NCBI RefSeq assembly: GCF_009914755.1
Contig: NC_060934.1
Source: the human T2T-CHM13v2.0 reference genome, Homo sapiens
Direction: 5' to 3' (one strand)
DNA length: 64,000 nt
The notes beneath the pieces were generated by a model, which did not search any database, was not told the DNA's origin, and worked only from the letters and a program-made list of their open reading frames with translations. Position 1 is the stretch's first letter; each line of letters begins with the position of its first letter. The position numbers and the translations under genes are program-made. Positions 42,397 to 56,180 of this stretch are shown here, in pieces.

Positions 42397-43977
42397 GTCA
42401 CATTTTAGGTAATGAAAAGGAAAAAAAGAAGAGCATGTAGATAAGGGTGAAATATTGCTTCTCCAAAGCAATTATTAAGACAAAAATATCTTTTCCACAT
42501 TTTAGTTAGAACTAATAATCATAATAAAATAAGTTTAGGCATATACACTATATAACTGAATAATATTGATGAGTAAAAACAGAATTGAAAGATACAGTTA
42601 TTCACTTCCTTAAGCCTGTATTTTAAAGTGACAACTCCAAAGACCAAAGAATGGAAAGCAGAATTGTAGAATAGAATGGCAATATGAATAACAAGGGCTT
42701 ACCTATTTTTTCAAGTTGCCTAGTTCTTTCATGAATTAAAATGGACTGAAGGGTACTTAAAATGTATACCTCTCTGAAAAGAAAGTAGCTACTTTCAACA
42801 CAGCATACCAAAGGAGTATTAAATATGGATTAAGGAAATATAAAAAAGATTAAACAAATAATTAATTACATTCCTGGTAATTTTTACTACTTTTATCTTT
42901 AAATAAGTATAAATATTTACTTTTTTAAATATAAATTTTAATAAATTTATTCAGGTTGAAGATAACTTGAAGACAGGCCTGGAAAATGTTAAAAATAGTA
43001 ATTATTGATGAAATTATAATGAAATAGCATACTTATTAATGGCATTCGTAATAACCTTGTCATTGAGAACAAAATAGAACAGTTTAAATTGTAAATATGA
43101 AAGTATAAAGAATTTTATTTATAAAGATAATACTATTAAGCTAATTTTTTAAGGGAACATTTCTGAAGCTGACAAGTAAAATAGGAAAGCAATAGGATTA
43201 AATATACTTACATATCTTAACATTTTTATGATCAAAATAAGCCTCCTGTATTTTAAGCACATGTCAAAAAATCGCTGTTATCGGTTTCAAATGCTATACC
43301 TAATATCTTAGGGAATGTATTTTGCTACTCCAGCCACTTGAAGGTGCAATTACTGAATAATAATTTTATAACACATGAGACTTCCTGGAACATTTTGAAA
43401 GGCTGATATGCAATAATATCCTGAAACTGTAAATTATGTTAGTTATAATGAAAAACCAAGCTTTGTCAGCACATATTTATTCGTATTTATCCTGGTGAAA
43501 AAGAATTGTTTCAAAGTATTTTCCAAAATGAACACCAGGTATGATAAAACCTATTCAAATAGAAGAATGATACTAATAGATAAAAATATATCTAGAGGCA
43601 GAAGAAAGGCTTGCAGTCACTAAAAAGATAGAAAAGGGTACAAAGTCACGTTTTTTTTTCACTTAAAACACATAAACTGATTTTGAAAAATATGTAGAAG
43701 AGAAAATGCTAAAATATATTAATATAAAGAAAATATTTGTGTTCACGGTTGGCCTTATGCTTGTATATACTTAGAAATCACAGATGAACGCACCCAACAC
43801 TACTCTACATCTGGCCACCAATTTCTCTCAAAACAACTTCCCTATTTACCCAATTAGTAATACATAAACCACATAGTATTCAGTACTTTATGTTGAACAC
43901 CAATAGACTCACCCTAAAATATATAATTATCTGAGTTGATAGCTAAACAAAACTCGATGCTTGAGATTGTGTATCTA

Positions 43978-46572
43978 CTTTTTAAATTATTTTTTATTTT
44001 TAATTTGCATATTAATGTGTGTACTTGTGGGCATATAACGTAATGTTTTGATGCATATATACATTGTGTAATGATCACACCAGGATAATTGGCATATTCA
44101 TCATCTCAAGCATTTATCATTTTTTAGTGGTAAGAACATAAAAATTCCTCCCTTCTAGCTATTTTAAGATATGCAATATGGACATGCATCAGTTAACTAG
44201 GGAGACAGCTCTGAAAAATGCATTGCATGTACTTTTACAAACCTAGATGTTATAGCCCACTACACACCTAGGCTATTGGAAATGGCCTATTGCTCCTAGC
44301 CTAGAAACCTGTACAGCAAGTTACTATACTGAATACTACAGACAATTATAACACAATGATGTTTGTATATCAAAAGCATATGTAAACATAGAAAAGCTAC
44401 GGTAAAAATATGGTATAAAAGATGAAAGATGGTACAACTTTATAGAGCACTTACCATGTATAAAGCTTGCATGACAGGAAGTTGCTCTGGGTGAGTCGGT
44501 GAGTGAACACTGTGAATGTGAAGGTGTAAAACATTATTGTACACCACTGTAGACATTATAAGCACTGTACACTTAGTCTACTCTAAATTTACATTTTATC
44601 TTCCATAAAAATTAACTGTAGCATACTGTAACTTTTTTAGTTTATAAACTTTTTTAACTTCTTGACTTTTGTCATAACACTTAGCTTAAAATACAAGCAC
44701 ACTGTACAGCTGTATAAGGGTATTTTATTTCTGTATGTTCTTATTGTATAAACTTTTTTATTTTTAAAATGTTTAGGGTTTTGGTTTTTTTACTTTTTAT
44801 ACTTTTTTGTTAAATGCACACTTTAGCCTAGGCCTCCAAAGAGTCAGGATCATCAATGTTACTGTCTTCTACCTCCACATCTTGTACCACTGGAAGGTTT
44901 TTCAGGGACAATAACATGCATGGAGCTCTCATCTCTTATGATAACGATGTCTTCTCCAATACCTTCTGAAGGACATGCCTGAGGCTAGTATACAGTTATC
45001 CTTTTTTTATTTAATAAGTAGAAGGCATACACACTAAAATAACAATTAAAAGTATAGTGTAGTAACTATAAAAGCCAGAAACATAGTTGTTTATTACAAT
45101 TATCAAGTATTATATACTGTACATAACTGTACATGCTATGCTTTTACATGATTGGCAGCGTAGCAGGTTTATTTACACCAGCATAACATAAACTCATGAA
45201 TAATGTGTTGCACTATGAAGCTACAACAGCTACAATGTCACCAGGCAATGTGAATTTTTAGATCTATTATAATCTTGTGGGATCACAGTTATATATACAG
45301 TCTGACATCGATCAAACCATTGTTATGATGCTCACAGCTGTATCTTGTTAATTATAGTCACCCAACTATGCAATAAAATACCAGAACTTATTCTTCCTTT
45401 CTAATTGTGACTTGGTACCTGTTGTCCAACCTATCTCCATACTCTCTCTCCCTTTCCTAGTCTCTGGTGATCACTGTTCTATCCACTACCTCTAAGAGAC
45501 CAATATTTTTAAATTCCACACATAAGTGAGATCATGTGGTATTTGTCTTTCTGTTTCTGGCTTATTTCACTTAACATAATGTCCTCCAGTTTCCTCTATG
45601 TTGTCACAAATGACAATATTTCATTATTTTTCTATTCATCCAGTTTTGGACATTTAAGTGGGTTCCCTATTTTGGCTCTTGTAAATAGTGCTGCAATAAA
45701 CATGGAAGTGCAGATATCTATTCTACATACTAATCTCCTTTTCTTTGAATATATAACTAGCGGTGAGATTGCTCAATCATATGGCAGTTCCATTTTTAAT
45801 TTTTTTGGTAACTTCTGTACTATTTTCTATAATGGCTTTACTAATTTAAATTTCCAGCAACAGTGTGTAAGGGTTTGCTTTTCTCTATCTTCTCATCAAC
45901 AAATATTATATTTTGTCTTTTTGATAATAGTCATTGTAACTGGGTTGAGGAGATATTATGATATTGATTTGCATTTCTCTGATGATTAGTAATGCGGAGA
46001 ATTTTTCATATACTTTTTGGCCATTTATATATCTTCTTTTGAGAAATGTCTATTAAGGTCTTTTATCCATGTTTTTAATTGGATAATTTGTTTTGTGTTA
46101 TTGAATAGGGTTTTTTTTAAACATATTCTGGATATTAACCCTTTGTCAGATACGTGCAAATTGACAAGAGGTTAATATCCAGAATATATGTTTGCAAATA
46201 TTTCATTCCATTCTGTGGGTTGTCTCCTACCTTTGTTAACTATTTTCTTTGCTGTGCAGAAGTTTCTTAGTTTGACCTAAACCCATTTGTCTATTTTTGC
46301 TTTTGGTGCCTGTGTGTTTAAGGTCTTATCCAAAAAAAAAATCATTGCCCAGTTCAATGTCATGAAGCATTTCTCGTATGCTTTCTTCTAGTAGTTTGAT
46401 AGGTTTGGGTCTTACATTTAAATCTTTCATCCATTTTGAGTTGATTTCTTTATGAAGAAAAATACGAGCCTAGTTTCATTCTTTTATATGTCAATATTCA
46501 AATTTCCCAAAACTATTTATTGAGGAGACTATCATTTCCCCAATGTGTGTTCCTTGCAAATCTTATCAAAAA
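43978..46572 (-). mobile_element. L1MA (about MA4-MA5) 3' portion split by Tigger3
   Basis: Reverse-strand 3'UTR (cattgtgtaatgatc..ttctagctatttt) and ORF2 end (ttgagaaatgtctatt, gctgtgcagaag). Confidence 0.88.
44179..45340 (-). mobile_element. Tigger3b (MER7) DNA transposon, near full length
   Basis: TA on both sides; acaaacctagatg.tatagcccactacacacctaggcta; end ttataatcttgtgggatcac...cagctg. Confidence 0.9.
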
Positions 46573-47799
46573 TTGCATCCACTTTCATATCCATTCTCTA
46601 ATAGATAATCTATAATACTGAGTCAATTTTGCTATTAGAATGCAGTGGGAATTCTACTTAAAAGTTTGTTGGGCTGAAGGAAAAGCTTTATGCTGTTTTA
46701 TTTGTCCAACTTTAAACTGATGAAAGATCTATTTGTCTCCTTTCTCTCTCCCTAAGCTCTTTCTGTGAAACATGAAATTTGTTTCAAAGTGAGACTGTAA
46801 ATAAGTACAGTGAAGCCCTTCAAACACACTTAATATGTTTTATGTTGAAGAATAAAGACAGAGCTGCAATTTAATTAGTGTGTCAATCTTGATTAGAAAC
46901 ACAATTGTTCTAAAATGGAACTCTTAGAGGCCAGATAACATTTATTTTGTGAATTGTTTGTGATTGAACCACTTGAAGAAAATGAAGTTAAGCCATCCTA
47001 TTACACATGGAAGATAAAGCATTGAAGTTTCTTGCTGATACGATTGAATATTTCTCAATATATTAAAATTATAAATGTAAGCTAAATATGGTCAAACCAT
47101 TTGGAACTCCTTTCAATCAAAAGCAAGGTCATTTTTTAAAACAAAATAAGAATTAAAAATTACATAACAGGATAAAAATGCAATAAAGCTACAGAAACAA
47201 ATAGAAACACAAAAAAATACAAACAGTTGGAAGAGGGACAATACAAACTAGCGTTAACTAGATGTGAGCCTGTTAACAGTGGTCCAGAGCACACAATTAG
47301 TTATTTAAATACAGACTACAGAGGTAAACATTTGTTAGAAATATATAATAATTAATGAGATTACAAATGCATGTTAACAGGTGTGCTAATAATGGACTCA
47401 AGTCATGAGAGTAAATACCAAACCAGGGGTACAGCATATATATACATATACATATATATATATATAATGATTGTATGTGATTATATAGATAATCATATTT
47501 AAGATCAGTTTATTTGGCTCATAAGGAAAGATTAAAGGATAAATAAACATTTTTGAAATTTAAAAATAGTAATAGAATTTTAATGTGCTGGGTAAAGCAT
47601 AACTTTGCATATTGTTGGGATAAAACTATTTTCTGCTCCAAAAAGATACATTAACTTCAGAATGACCACTTACCCATCTGGCCTCACTCTTCTTTCACAT
47701 AATCCTATGATCGTTATCCCAGATGCTTCTTACCAAACATATCATTGAATACGTCTCAGAAATTAAAAAAAAAAGGAGAAAAACAAGTGAGAGTGCCAC

Positions 47800-48092
47800 T
47801 AGGATGGATTTAAATCACATTATTTTAGTGAAATAATCCTGGCACAGAATAGTATACACTACATGATTTCAAAAGTAGTTTATGGTGGCAAAATAAGAAA
47901 ACTGACTGTCTTTGGGAAGGACGAGGTACACTGAAAAGTGGCACACTGAAACATTTTGGAGTGAGAGAAATGTTTTCAATCTTGTTTGGCCTGGTGGCTA
48001 TTCCAGTTCATACATTTGTCATAACTGCTGACTCAAACTGTATTTTTAAAAACTTTGCAAAAATTTATTCTATGTAAATTATACTTCAATAA
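47800..48092 (+). mobile_element. L1ME-like 3' fragment
   Basis: cattattttagtgaaataa...aaatgttttcaatctt...tacatttgtca...tatgtaaattatacttcaataa. Confidence 0.65.
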
Positions 48093-48597
48093 CTAAAAAT
48101 AAACAAATATTGGAGAAGAAAGTGACATGAGAAAAAAATCATAACAAATTTGTTGATCTAGGATTTCTGGATTTACAACAGGATCTATGGATAGTCTTCA
48201 ACTCTTTAAACAATGTAAATACATCTTGGGGAGAAAAAAATGTGCCTTTTCCTAAATATGTGAGTTATCATCAGATTATCCAAAAGGTCTGTCAATCTCC
48301 AACAACTCTAAAAGCCTTGGTTAACCCCCTAAATTTACAAATAAGAAGCTGTTTTCTCAAGGACACATAATTTATTACCTTGTGTTCTATCATATTTTCC
48401 TAATTAGTGCCATCTCCTGCAGTACCAAACTAATCTCATGTGCAAACCTCTGAAAAATGGTAGCCATGAGTTTTCAACTTTATGTGTCAGAAAAATAATT
48501 TACATGTTACAAATTGGTTTTAAACACAAACAATGGTTGCCTAAATTAAAATCCATATTGTGAAAAATAAAGTGGAATAGATAAAACCTGCTTTGCT

Positions 48598-48896
48598 GGC
48601 CGGGCACAGTGGCTCAAGCCTGTAATCTCAGCACTTTGGGTGGCCGAGGCGGGTGGATCAAGGGGTCAGGAGATCGAGACCATCCTGGCTAACACGGTGA
48701 AACCCCGTCTCTACTAAAAAAAATACAAAAAATTAGCCGGGTGTGGTGGCAGGCGCCTGTAGTCCCATCTACTCGGGAGGCTGAGGCAGGAGAATGGTGT
48801 GAACCCGGGAAGGCGGAGCTTGCAGTGAGCCGAGATTGCGCCACTGCACTCCAGCTTGGGCGACAGAGCAAGACTCCGTTAAAAAAAAAAAAAAAA
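48598..48896 (+). mobile_element. AluY
   Basis: gagatcgagaccatcctggctaacacggtgaaacccc; ggagcttgcagtgagccgagattgcg; poly(A); TSD aaaacctg(ct/ta)ttgct. Confidence 0.96.
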
Positions 48897-48941
48897 AAAA
48901 CCTGTATTGCTAACACGGTAAAGTTTAAAAGCTAGAGTTTA

Positions 48942-49983
48942 TTTTTAGTATACACAACTATTTTTTGTATGTTAATTTTATTTCCTGAAATTTTACTGGA
49001 TAAACTTAACCAAGGCCATGAAAGACTTATTCACTGAAAATTACAACACATTGATGAAAGAAATTAAAGACACAAATAAATGAAAGATATTCAGTGTTTA
49101 TAAATTGAAAGACTTAATATTGTTTAAATATCTATACTACTCAAACAGTGATCTACATATTCAATGCTACTTCCATCAAAATCCCAATGGCATTTCTTAC
49201 AGAAATAGAAAAAAAAATCAATCCTAAAATTCATATGGAACAATGAAAGACCTAGAACAGTTAAAGTGAACTTGAGAAAGAAAAACAAGCTATAGGCATC
49301 ACACTTCCTGATTTCAGAATGCAATACAAAGTTACAGCAATTAAAACAATATGATACTAGCATAAAGACAGACATAGGAACCTGTGGAAAAGGATGGAGG
49401 GCCAAAAATCAATCCACACATTTACAGATCAATGGGTACAAGACATGTGGCACACACATACAATATAATATTATTCAACATGGAAAACAAGAAAATTCTA
49501 TCATTTGAGACAACGTGGTGGATCTGGAAGACATTATGTTAAGTGAAATGTCAGTCACCAAAGGACAAATACTATATGACTACACTTATATGAGGTATCT
49601 AAAATACTTAAATTTATAGAAAAAGAAAATAGAACGGTAATTGACAGGATATGGGGAAGGGGGAAATGGGAAGTTGTTCAATGAGTATAAATTACACTTC
49701 TAGAAGTTGAATAAATTCTAGATATTTGCTGTGCAAGATAATACAGTTAACAATATAGTGTTATGCACTTAACATCTGTTAAGAGGGTAGATCTTATGTT
49801 AAGTGCTCTTATTCCAAAAAAAAGCAAAGAGACACCAGAAAACATTTGGAGGTGATGACTATGTGTATTTCCTTGATTGTGGCAATCGTATCACACGTGT
49901 ATGAATATGTCCAGATTCATCAAATTGTATACATTAAAATATGTATGTTTTTGCATATCAGTTATAGCTCAATAAAGCTGTAA
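48942..49983 (+). mobile_element. L1MA10/L1MB1-like LINE-1 with a 5' inversion and internal deletion
   Basis: TSD taaaag(c/t)tagagttta at 48926-48941 and 49984-49999; first about 60 bp antisense; ORF2 jumps to the 3' region at about 49430. Confidence 0.85.
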
Positions 49984-51182
49984 TAAAAGTTAGAGTTTAA
50001 ATATTATGTTTTGAGTTGAATTGAGTGAGGATATTAGAAAATGTATGTATTTCAGAATCTGATATCCTTGACAATGACAATTACATTTTGTCTCAGTGAG
50101 GACAGTCAGGATTAAGAAAATTGTCTTTCAAAGTCCTGGTACAAATGGAAACATTCACAAAATATAATCTGTATTTGGGAGCAAGTATGCTGGGGTCAGA
50201 GCTGCTAACATCACAATCAAAGCAGGAGAGGATTCTCACCAGCATATTTTCACAACTTAATAAACCAAAACACCTAATGAAAACATTCATGCAGAGAGCA
50301 GACAACCAAACCAGTCATACTACAATGCTTTCTCTGTTCACCTGTGCTATAAACACTAAAACAAAAGGATTTTTAGCTCTGGTGGATGATTTCACAATAG
50401 TATCACAATTTATGTTGGAAAAATCACGAGAGTATTGCTTGAACTAGCAACTCTACCATAGGATAAACTTGCCTTTTCATGTTTTTCAAAAGAAAATATA
50501 TGTTATTTATTGAACTCAATTTTTTTCTTCATTTTTTTTTCCTGGAATGTTTTAGATTCTCTGAATAGAAGTCTAGAGAGGTTTGTGCAGCAATATTATT
50601 TCATATACACTTCATGCCTTAAATGTATAGTAATACTTGACAAAATAGAGCAAGAAAAACCCACAAATACATAGCAGACCTTCAAAATAAGGATAAATAT
50701 TTCTGAGAACCAGGAACAGAAGAGAAATGCAAAGTAGTGTGCAAGGGTACATGAGGGTGTCGACAGAAATGCAGCAGATATTGGCTAACACAGACTAAAG
50801 TGTTTTACTTACAATAAGGTTTAGAACTAGGATCAATAATAAGATATAGAGACTGCTCATGAAAGAAAGCTTAAACACAACCATTGCCAAGAGTTAACCT
50901 GAGACATTACATGTACCAACCAGTGGACCTGAGGAGGTAACTTACAAAGACACAGCTTTTTGAGCTGGAACTGAACCAATCATCACATTGCATTAGTAGC
51001 AGGCTTTATTAAATCCACAATGTAATCACAAATTAGGGAAACCTCACTGTTATTAGAAGAGCATATTCTAGGCTTTGGTGGGTGAAAACAATCCAAAAAA
51101 TCATCAGATACAGAAAGCTAAGCCCATGGAGGGGAAAAAACCAAAAACAAACACAAAAAATTAGTGTCTAAATCCAAATTCT

Positions 51183-51224
51183 GTATAAGTACTGCACACT
51201 AATCAACTGCGCCACTGGAGCTCC
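51183..51224 (-). pseudogene. Tailless retrocopy of the tRNA-Ile(TAT) 5' half
   Basis: Minus strand gga-gctccagtggcgcagttgattagtgtgcagtacttata-c matches GCTCCAGTGGCGCAATCGGTTAGCGCGCGGTACTTATA at 32/38; perfect 16-bp TSD tctaaatccaaattct. Confidence 0.92.
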
Positions 51225-52292
51225 TCTAAATCCAAATTCTAAATCAAAGTATAACATCTAATTCCATGGAAAGCACAGCACAAAAATAAACAGTACATGA
51301 ATTAACTCAAATAAAATTAATTTTATAAAATGGATATAGAAAAATTATAATGTTTACTAATTTGAAATAATTGTTATCAAACTGATGCTTTGTACCCTTT
51401 GACTATCATCTCCCCAATCCCCACTTTGTACCTCATATATATATACAACTAAAATTTGTCAAAATATAATAAAAATAATCATATATTACTCAAAATTATA
51501 AATTACTAATTTTAAAAAACAACTGTAAATCAATAGACAGAAATGAAATCAGGGCAACTAGGTAAAGATTATAGCAGAATTGTGGGACAATGTAAAACAT
51601 AGGGCCAGGAATTAATAACACTGTACATATCAGTACTAAGATCAGCTGAAGAGAGAATGAGCAACTTGAAAAATAACACTGAATAATACATGTAAAATAC
51701 ACTTCATTTAGATTTGTTTCAAATAAATTGCTAAGTGTAATTTTTTCCCATTTTATTTTTTTTTGTTTCTTTCTTTACCAAGGGGTACTAATATTCTTTC
51801 TATTTTTTTATTTTGTAAACATTTAAACAAAATTTCATTTTTTAACTTTATTTATATCTTTTGCTTAATTTTTTTAATAGCTAAATATTTAGTATTTCTT
51901 TTTTTATGTTTTCTGGGTTAGCTTGTTTTAAAAAATGTAAAACATTATACAGATATTCACTTATTTTTTCTAATCTTTTAACACTCAAATTTTTAATGTA
52001 TGTGAAATTTAATTTTGCATCTTGTGAGCTGTGAGATAATCTAGCTAATTTTGACAATATCATATGTCAAAAAAATTCCTTTCTCTGCTTAATTAAAATA
52101 GCATCTTTCTCAAATGTTTAGTTTCATTATTCATTTACATTTTTTTAGGAGTTTCCTATTAACCCCAAAGGTCTATTTTTTAAGTTTTATAAATTCTATG
52201 TAATTGCTATTACAATAACTGAAGTAAATTATGATGTTGTAACAGTAATTTCAAACACAAACAGTTATATCTTGTGTGCTACTATATAGAGC

Positions 52293-52690
52293 TTAAGAAA
52301 ATGTGGCACATATACACCATGGAATACAATGCAGCCATAAAAAATGATGAGTTCATGTCCTTTCTAGGGACATGGATGAACCTGGAAACCATCATTCTCA
52401 GCAAACTATCGCAAGGACAAAAAACCAAACACCGCATGTTCTCACTCATAGGTGAGAATTGAAAAATGAGAACACATGGACACAGGAAGGAGAACATCAC
52501 ACATCAGGGACTGTTGTGGGGTGGGGGGAGGGGGGAGGGATAGCATTAGGAGATATACCTAATGCTAAATGACGAGTTAATGGGTGCAGCACACCAACAT
52601 GGCACATGTATACATATGTAACAAACCTGCACGTTACGCACTTGTACCCTAAAACTTAAAGTATAATAATAATAATAAAAACTATAAAAA
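52293..52690 (+). mobile_element. L1PA4-like 3' end
   Basis: KKMWHIYTMEY..SLIGEN; cacaccaacatggcacatg, aacaaacctgcacgtt; (TAA)n tail. Confidence 0.93.
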
Positions 52691-53739
52691 AGAGGACTTA
52701 CAATACTAGAGTTTATAGAAGACAGAATTGTTATAATTTTTTTTTACCATTTTAATATGGTAGTTAAGGGAGAAAGTGGCACATAAATCATTTTCAATTA
52801 TAAAGCCTTTGCTACAAAATGTATGGTAATATATTAACTTAAATACCACCATAAGAATAGACAGTAGAGGCAGAGACAAAGACAAATGTAAGACAAGTTG
52901 AATCTCAGGTTTCCAAGGGATAGAGGCTAATATGTCAACTAAAATTAAAAGCAGAGCATTCAGGTGGACAATCAAACATAAAGACATAAATTACAGATTT
53001 TTCCGTATGTGATTGTGAGGAAAGGTGAAGCGACTAAAATAAACTGTCCAAAGAGAAAATAAAAACATAATAAATACTAAATATTTTGATATTCCTCTAT
53101 TTAATAAATGATCAGAAAAGAAAGTTAGAATACTAGAATGAGAAAGAATGTCAAAATGTAGAAGTAAGAATTAGTTTTTCGTGGTTCCAGTAGAAAATCT
53201 GAAAAAGTGAGTAATGAACCTCCAAATATCACCATGCTACTGTGCACTTGTATCATGAGGAGAGATACATAATCAGCTCCTTCAAAGAATTTGTGAATGT
53301 TCTTATATCACGAACACAAAAACATGACTTCAAATAAAATTTATAAAATGTGTTTGATAAAATTCATCTTCTTAAAATATCCCTTCATTGCCAGTGAACC
53401 TTAGTTATGTCATCTCTATATTTGTTTTTATATGATGATAAGCATCTCAATAAAATATAAAATGCTCTGAAGGCATTAGACATCATTTTGAGGCTTCCTT
53501 TCTTCCTTGGAAGAACCACTTTTCAACATGAATGTCCTTGAATTACACTGTTGAAATTTCCAGTGTACTTACTTCAATAAATAAGAAACTTCTAATAGAA
53601 TGATTTAATTAAACCAGCTAAATAATATGACACAGCTATCATAATATGATAATGCTTATTTATAATGTGGCTGATTTGGTAAAACCTTGAAATTGCTTTT
53701 ATTTATTTCAAGAGTAGTCAGCAGGCTCTAAGAGTAAAT

Positions 53740-54545
53740 GAATAATTCAATAATTAATTCAACACCCAATTATTAAGTGCCTAACAATTTCTACTACTTC
53801 TCAGACTATAGCTAGTGGAAAGATAAATAAAACACTAGTTCTTCATTTAGTGAGAGGGCAGTCAAGCAAATAATTACAAACACTATGATAAGTGTTATGA
53901 TATAGCTATGTTTTATGTGCTATTAGAATGAGGCTGTCTTTAATGGAACATTTCAAAAAAGTGTGATCAGAATTAAGATGACAGAAATACATATTAAGAT
54001 TAGGTTATAAAGTTATTTTTCTGCATTCTATAAAGTGTCAAGTCCCAATTAAATTTCCTAAGAAAGTACATGAAATAATCACATTTTCATTTTATAATGA
54101 ATCCTTTGGGGCAGTTTTGAATGTTGTATTTTTATAAGGAGCAAATGTGAGCAAGGAGGCCAGGTAAAATACTACTACACAAGTCCTGACAATAAAAGAT
54201 CAAGATCTAAGCAAAAACAGTGGCAAATACCATGAAATTCAAGAAAAATTCAAGAAAGAGAAAAGTTTGAGAAAAATACTAAGGGTAGAATCTAGATAAT
54301 TTGTAAAAAGTTCTATGTGGAGGTTTCATGGATGTGAGAATTTAAAGATATCTTGACACTTTCTGTCTTAAGTAAATGATAATGCCATAAAGATAAGGAA
54401 TACCACTGTCGGAATATAATTAAATGGAAGATATGTTCAATTATGCATATACTATAGATGTCCAGAAGGAAGTGAAGTATACATATTCCAGAGTGTGTAT
54501 CTAAGATTTAGAGATCTTTAGCAGATCGTGAATGGGAAGTACACA
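53740..54545 (-). mobile_element. L2 remnants
   Basis: aattcaacacccaattattaagtgcct...; agataaggaatacca...atgttcaattatgcatat. Confidence 0.5.
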
Positions 54546-55988
54546 ATTTAATCAGAGCTTCTTCCTTTGAGAATGCTGACTAAACAATGTCAAATATTTG
54601 TTCTTAAGTCTTCTTCAAATTCCCACACATATTTCCATATTTCCACTTGCACATTATTAAAACGTAATTTGTATGATTAAATCTCAGATTTGCTTATATT
54701 GTAAAAATGTGAATTATTGCATTGGAAGTGGGGACATTCCTCTCTTAGCACCAATGCTTTTACAAAATGTTTCTAATCTTGCAGATAGTTAATACCTTCC
54801 CTTTAATCGATGGTATAGCATCCTAGTCTCCTATTGACAGAACACCACATTTTATGATACAACCAATGTAGACCTTGGGGCATCCCTATAGACTAGGCTT
54901 AATGTCTCCTCTACTTGCAATTTAATTCAAATCTTTAGTGTTGTTCTTCTACTCTCACACCTAAAATCCAGAACTTACGACAAATAGTGTCATACATCTT
55001 TCTCATGCCTCAATGTTTACATTTTTCAAACTAAATGTCCTGTCTTCTCTCCAAACTTCTTGCTCCTTTCAATGTGCCCAAATCTTCTAAATATTTGTAT
55101 ATTGGAAGAAACAACATAGTTAATTCCAACTCCCATTTCTATATTCAGTTAGTATTCATGTATGTATTTTACTATCTATTCTCTTTTTCATTCCATTTTT
55201 CATCCTAGCCACATTCACTATTTATCAGGGTCTCTTTTTATGCCTAGAATACTCTAATAGTTTCCTAATTGTTGAGCACTATTTTCCCTCCACTAAACTC
55301 AGCATTTAAAACAGATGATTAATGGCTAGATTACAGGGAAGAGCTTACACACTGATAAAACATTTTAATGCATTTTTGAGTTCAATAAAATATATTAAAA
55401 ATTCAGAACTGTGTTCAAGGTACAGAGTAACTGCTATTTAATGTTTCCTATTTTAGCATTATTATTTCTAATATTTAGTTAAACGTGTTGTAAATATATT
55501 TTCCCATTTTGTGACTTTTGTTCTTTTACAATGAATAAAATTTTATATTTCAAGGTAGTTTAGTTTTTTAGTTAAAATAATCCTAATCTTAGTATTCTAA
55601 ACCCTTCATTATATGGGAGAAATTTATATTTCTAAATTTATATTTATATAAATATTAAATTGATATTTCTAAATCTCATATTTTCTTTGAATATTAATAT
55701 AAGGCATATAGATTAACTTCAGTATTCCCAGCCTATCCCAAATTTCTGAACTCCATGGTTCTTCTCACATTTTTCTCTTGCCTTTTCTTATCTTCCTTAG
55801 GAGCTCTGCATAATAGAATTCTACTTATTTACAAAAACTTGACTCAAGTGACTTATTTTACTCTCATAGCTTTTCTGTTGAAATCTCTCTTTAATCTGAA
55901 ATCCCCACAAGGGTATAAAATCTCATGTATTTATTACATTCTACCTTGGATTATATTTAATGGCAAACGATTATCATTTGGCCCTACG

Positions 55989-56180
55989 TACATAACATTA
56001 TTGTTATAAGCAATAAACTCAAATGATTTATTTAAATACATCAAGATATATAAATAGATGGCATCGTTGTTCTTCAATCAGTGAATCTATACAAACTCAT
56101 TGTCCCAAGAGGCAGCAATACTTTTAATAATCAAAGTTGAAAGAGTAACTCTATATGAAAACTATTTGCCCATTGCTTTT
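55989..56180 (+). repeat. Dispersed direct repeat, copy 1 (about 192 bp)
   Basis: Aligns end to end with 57439-57640. Confidence 0.93.

Noticed and set aside
48598-48625. ggctcaagcc in AluY as an Old World monkey AluYR diagnostic
   Set aside because: A single position only, and the L1PA3-type element argues for an ape genome.
51375-51480. Two tiny opposite-strand L1 3' scraps as a fourth twin-priming event
   Set aside because: The fragments are too short and I could not find a credible TSD.
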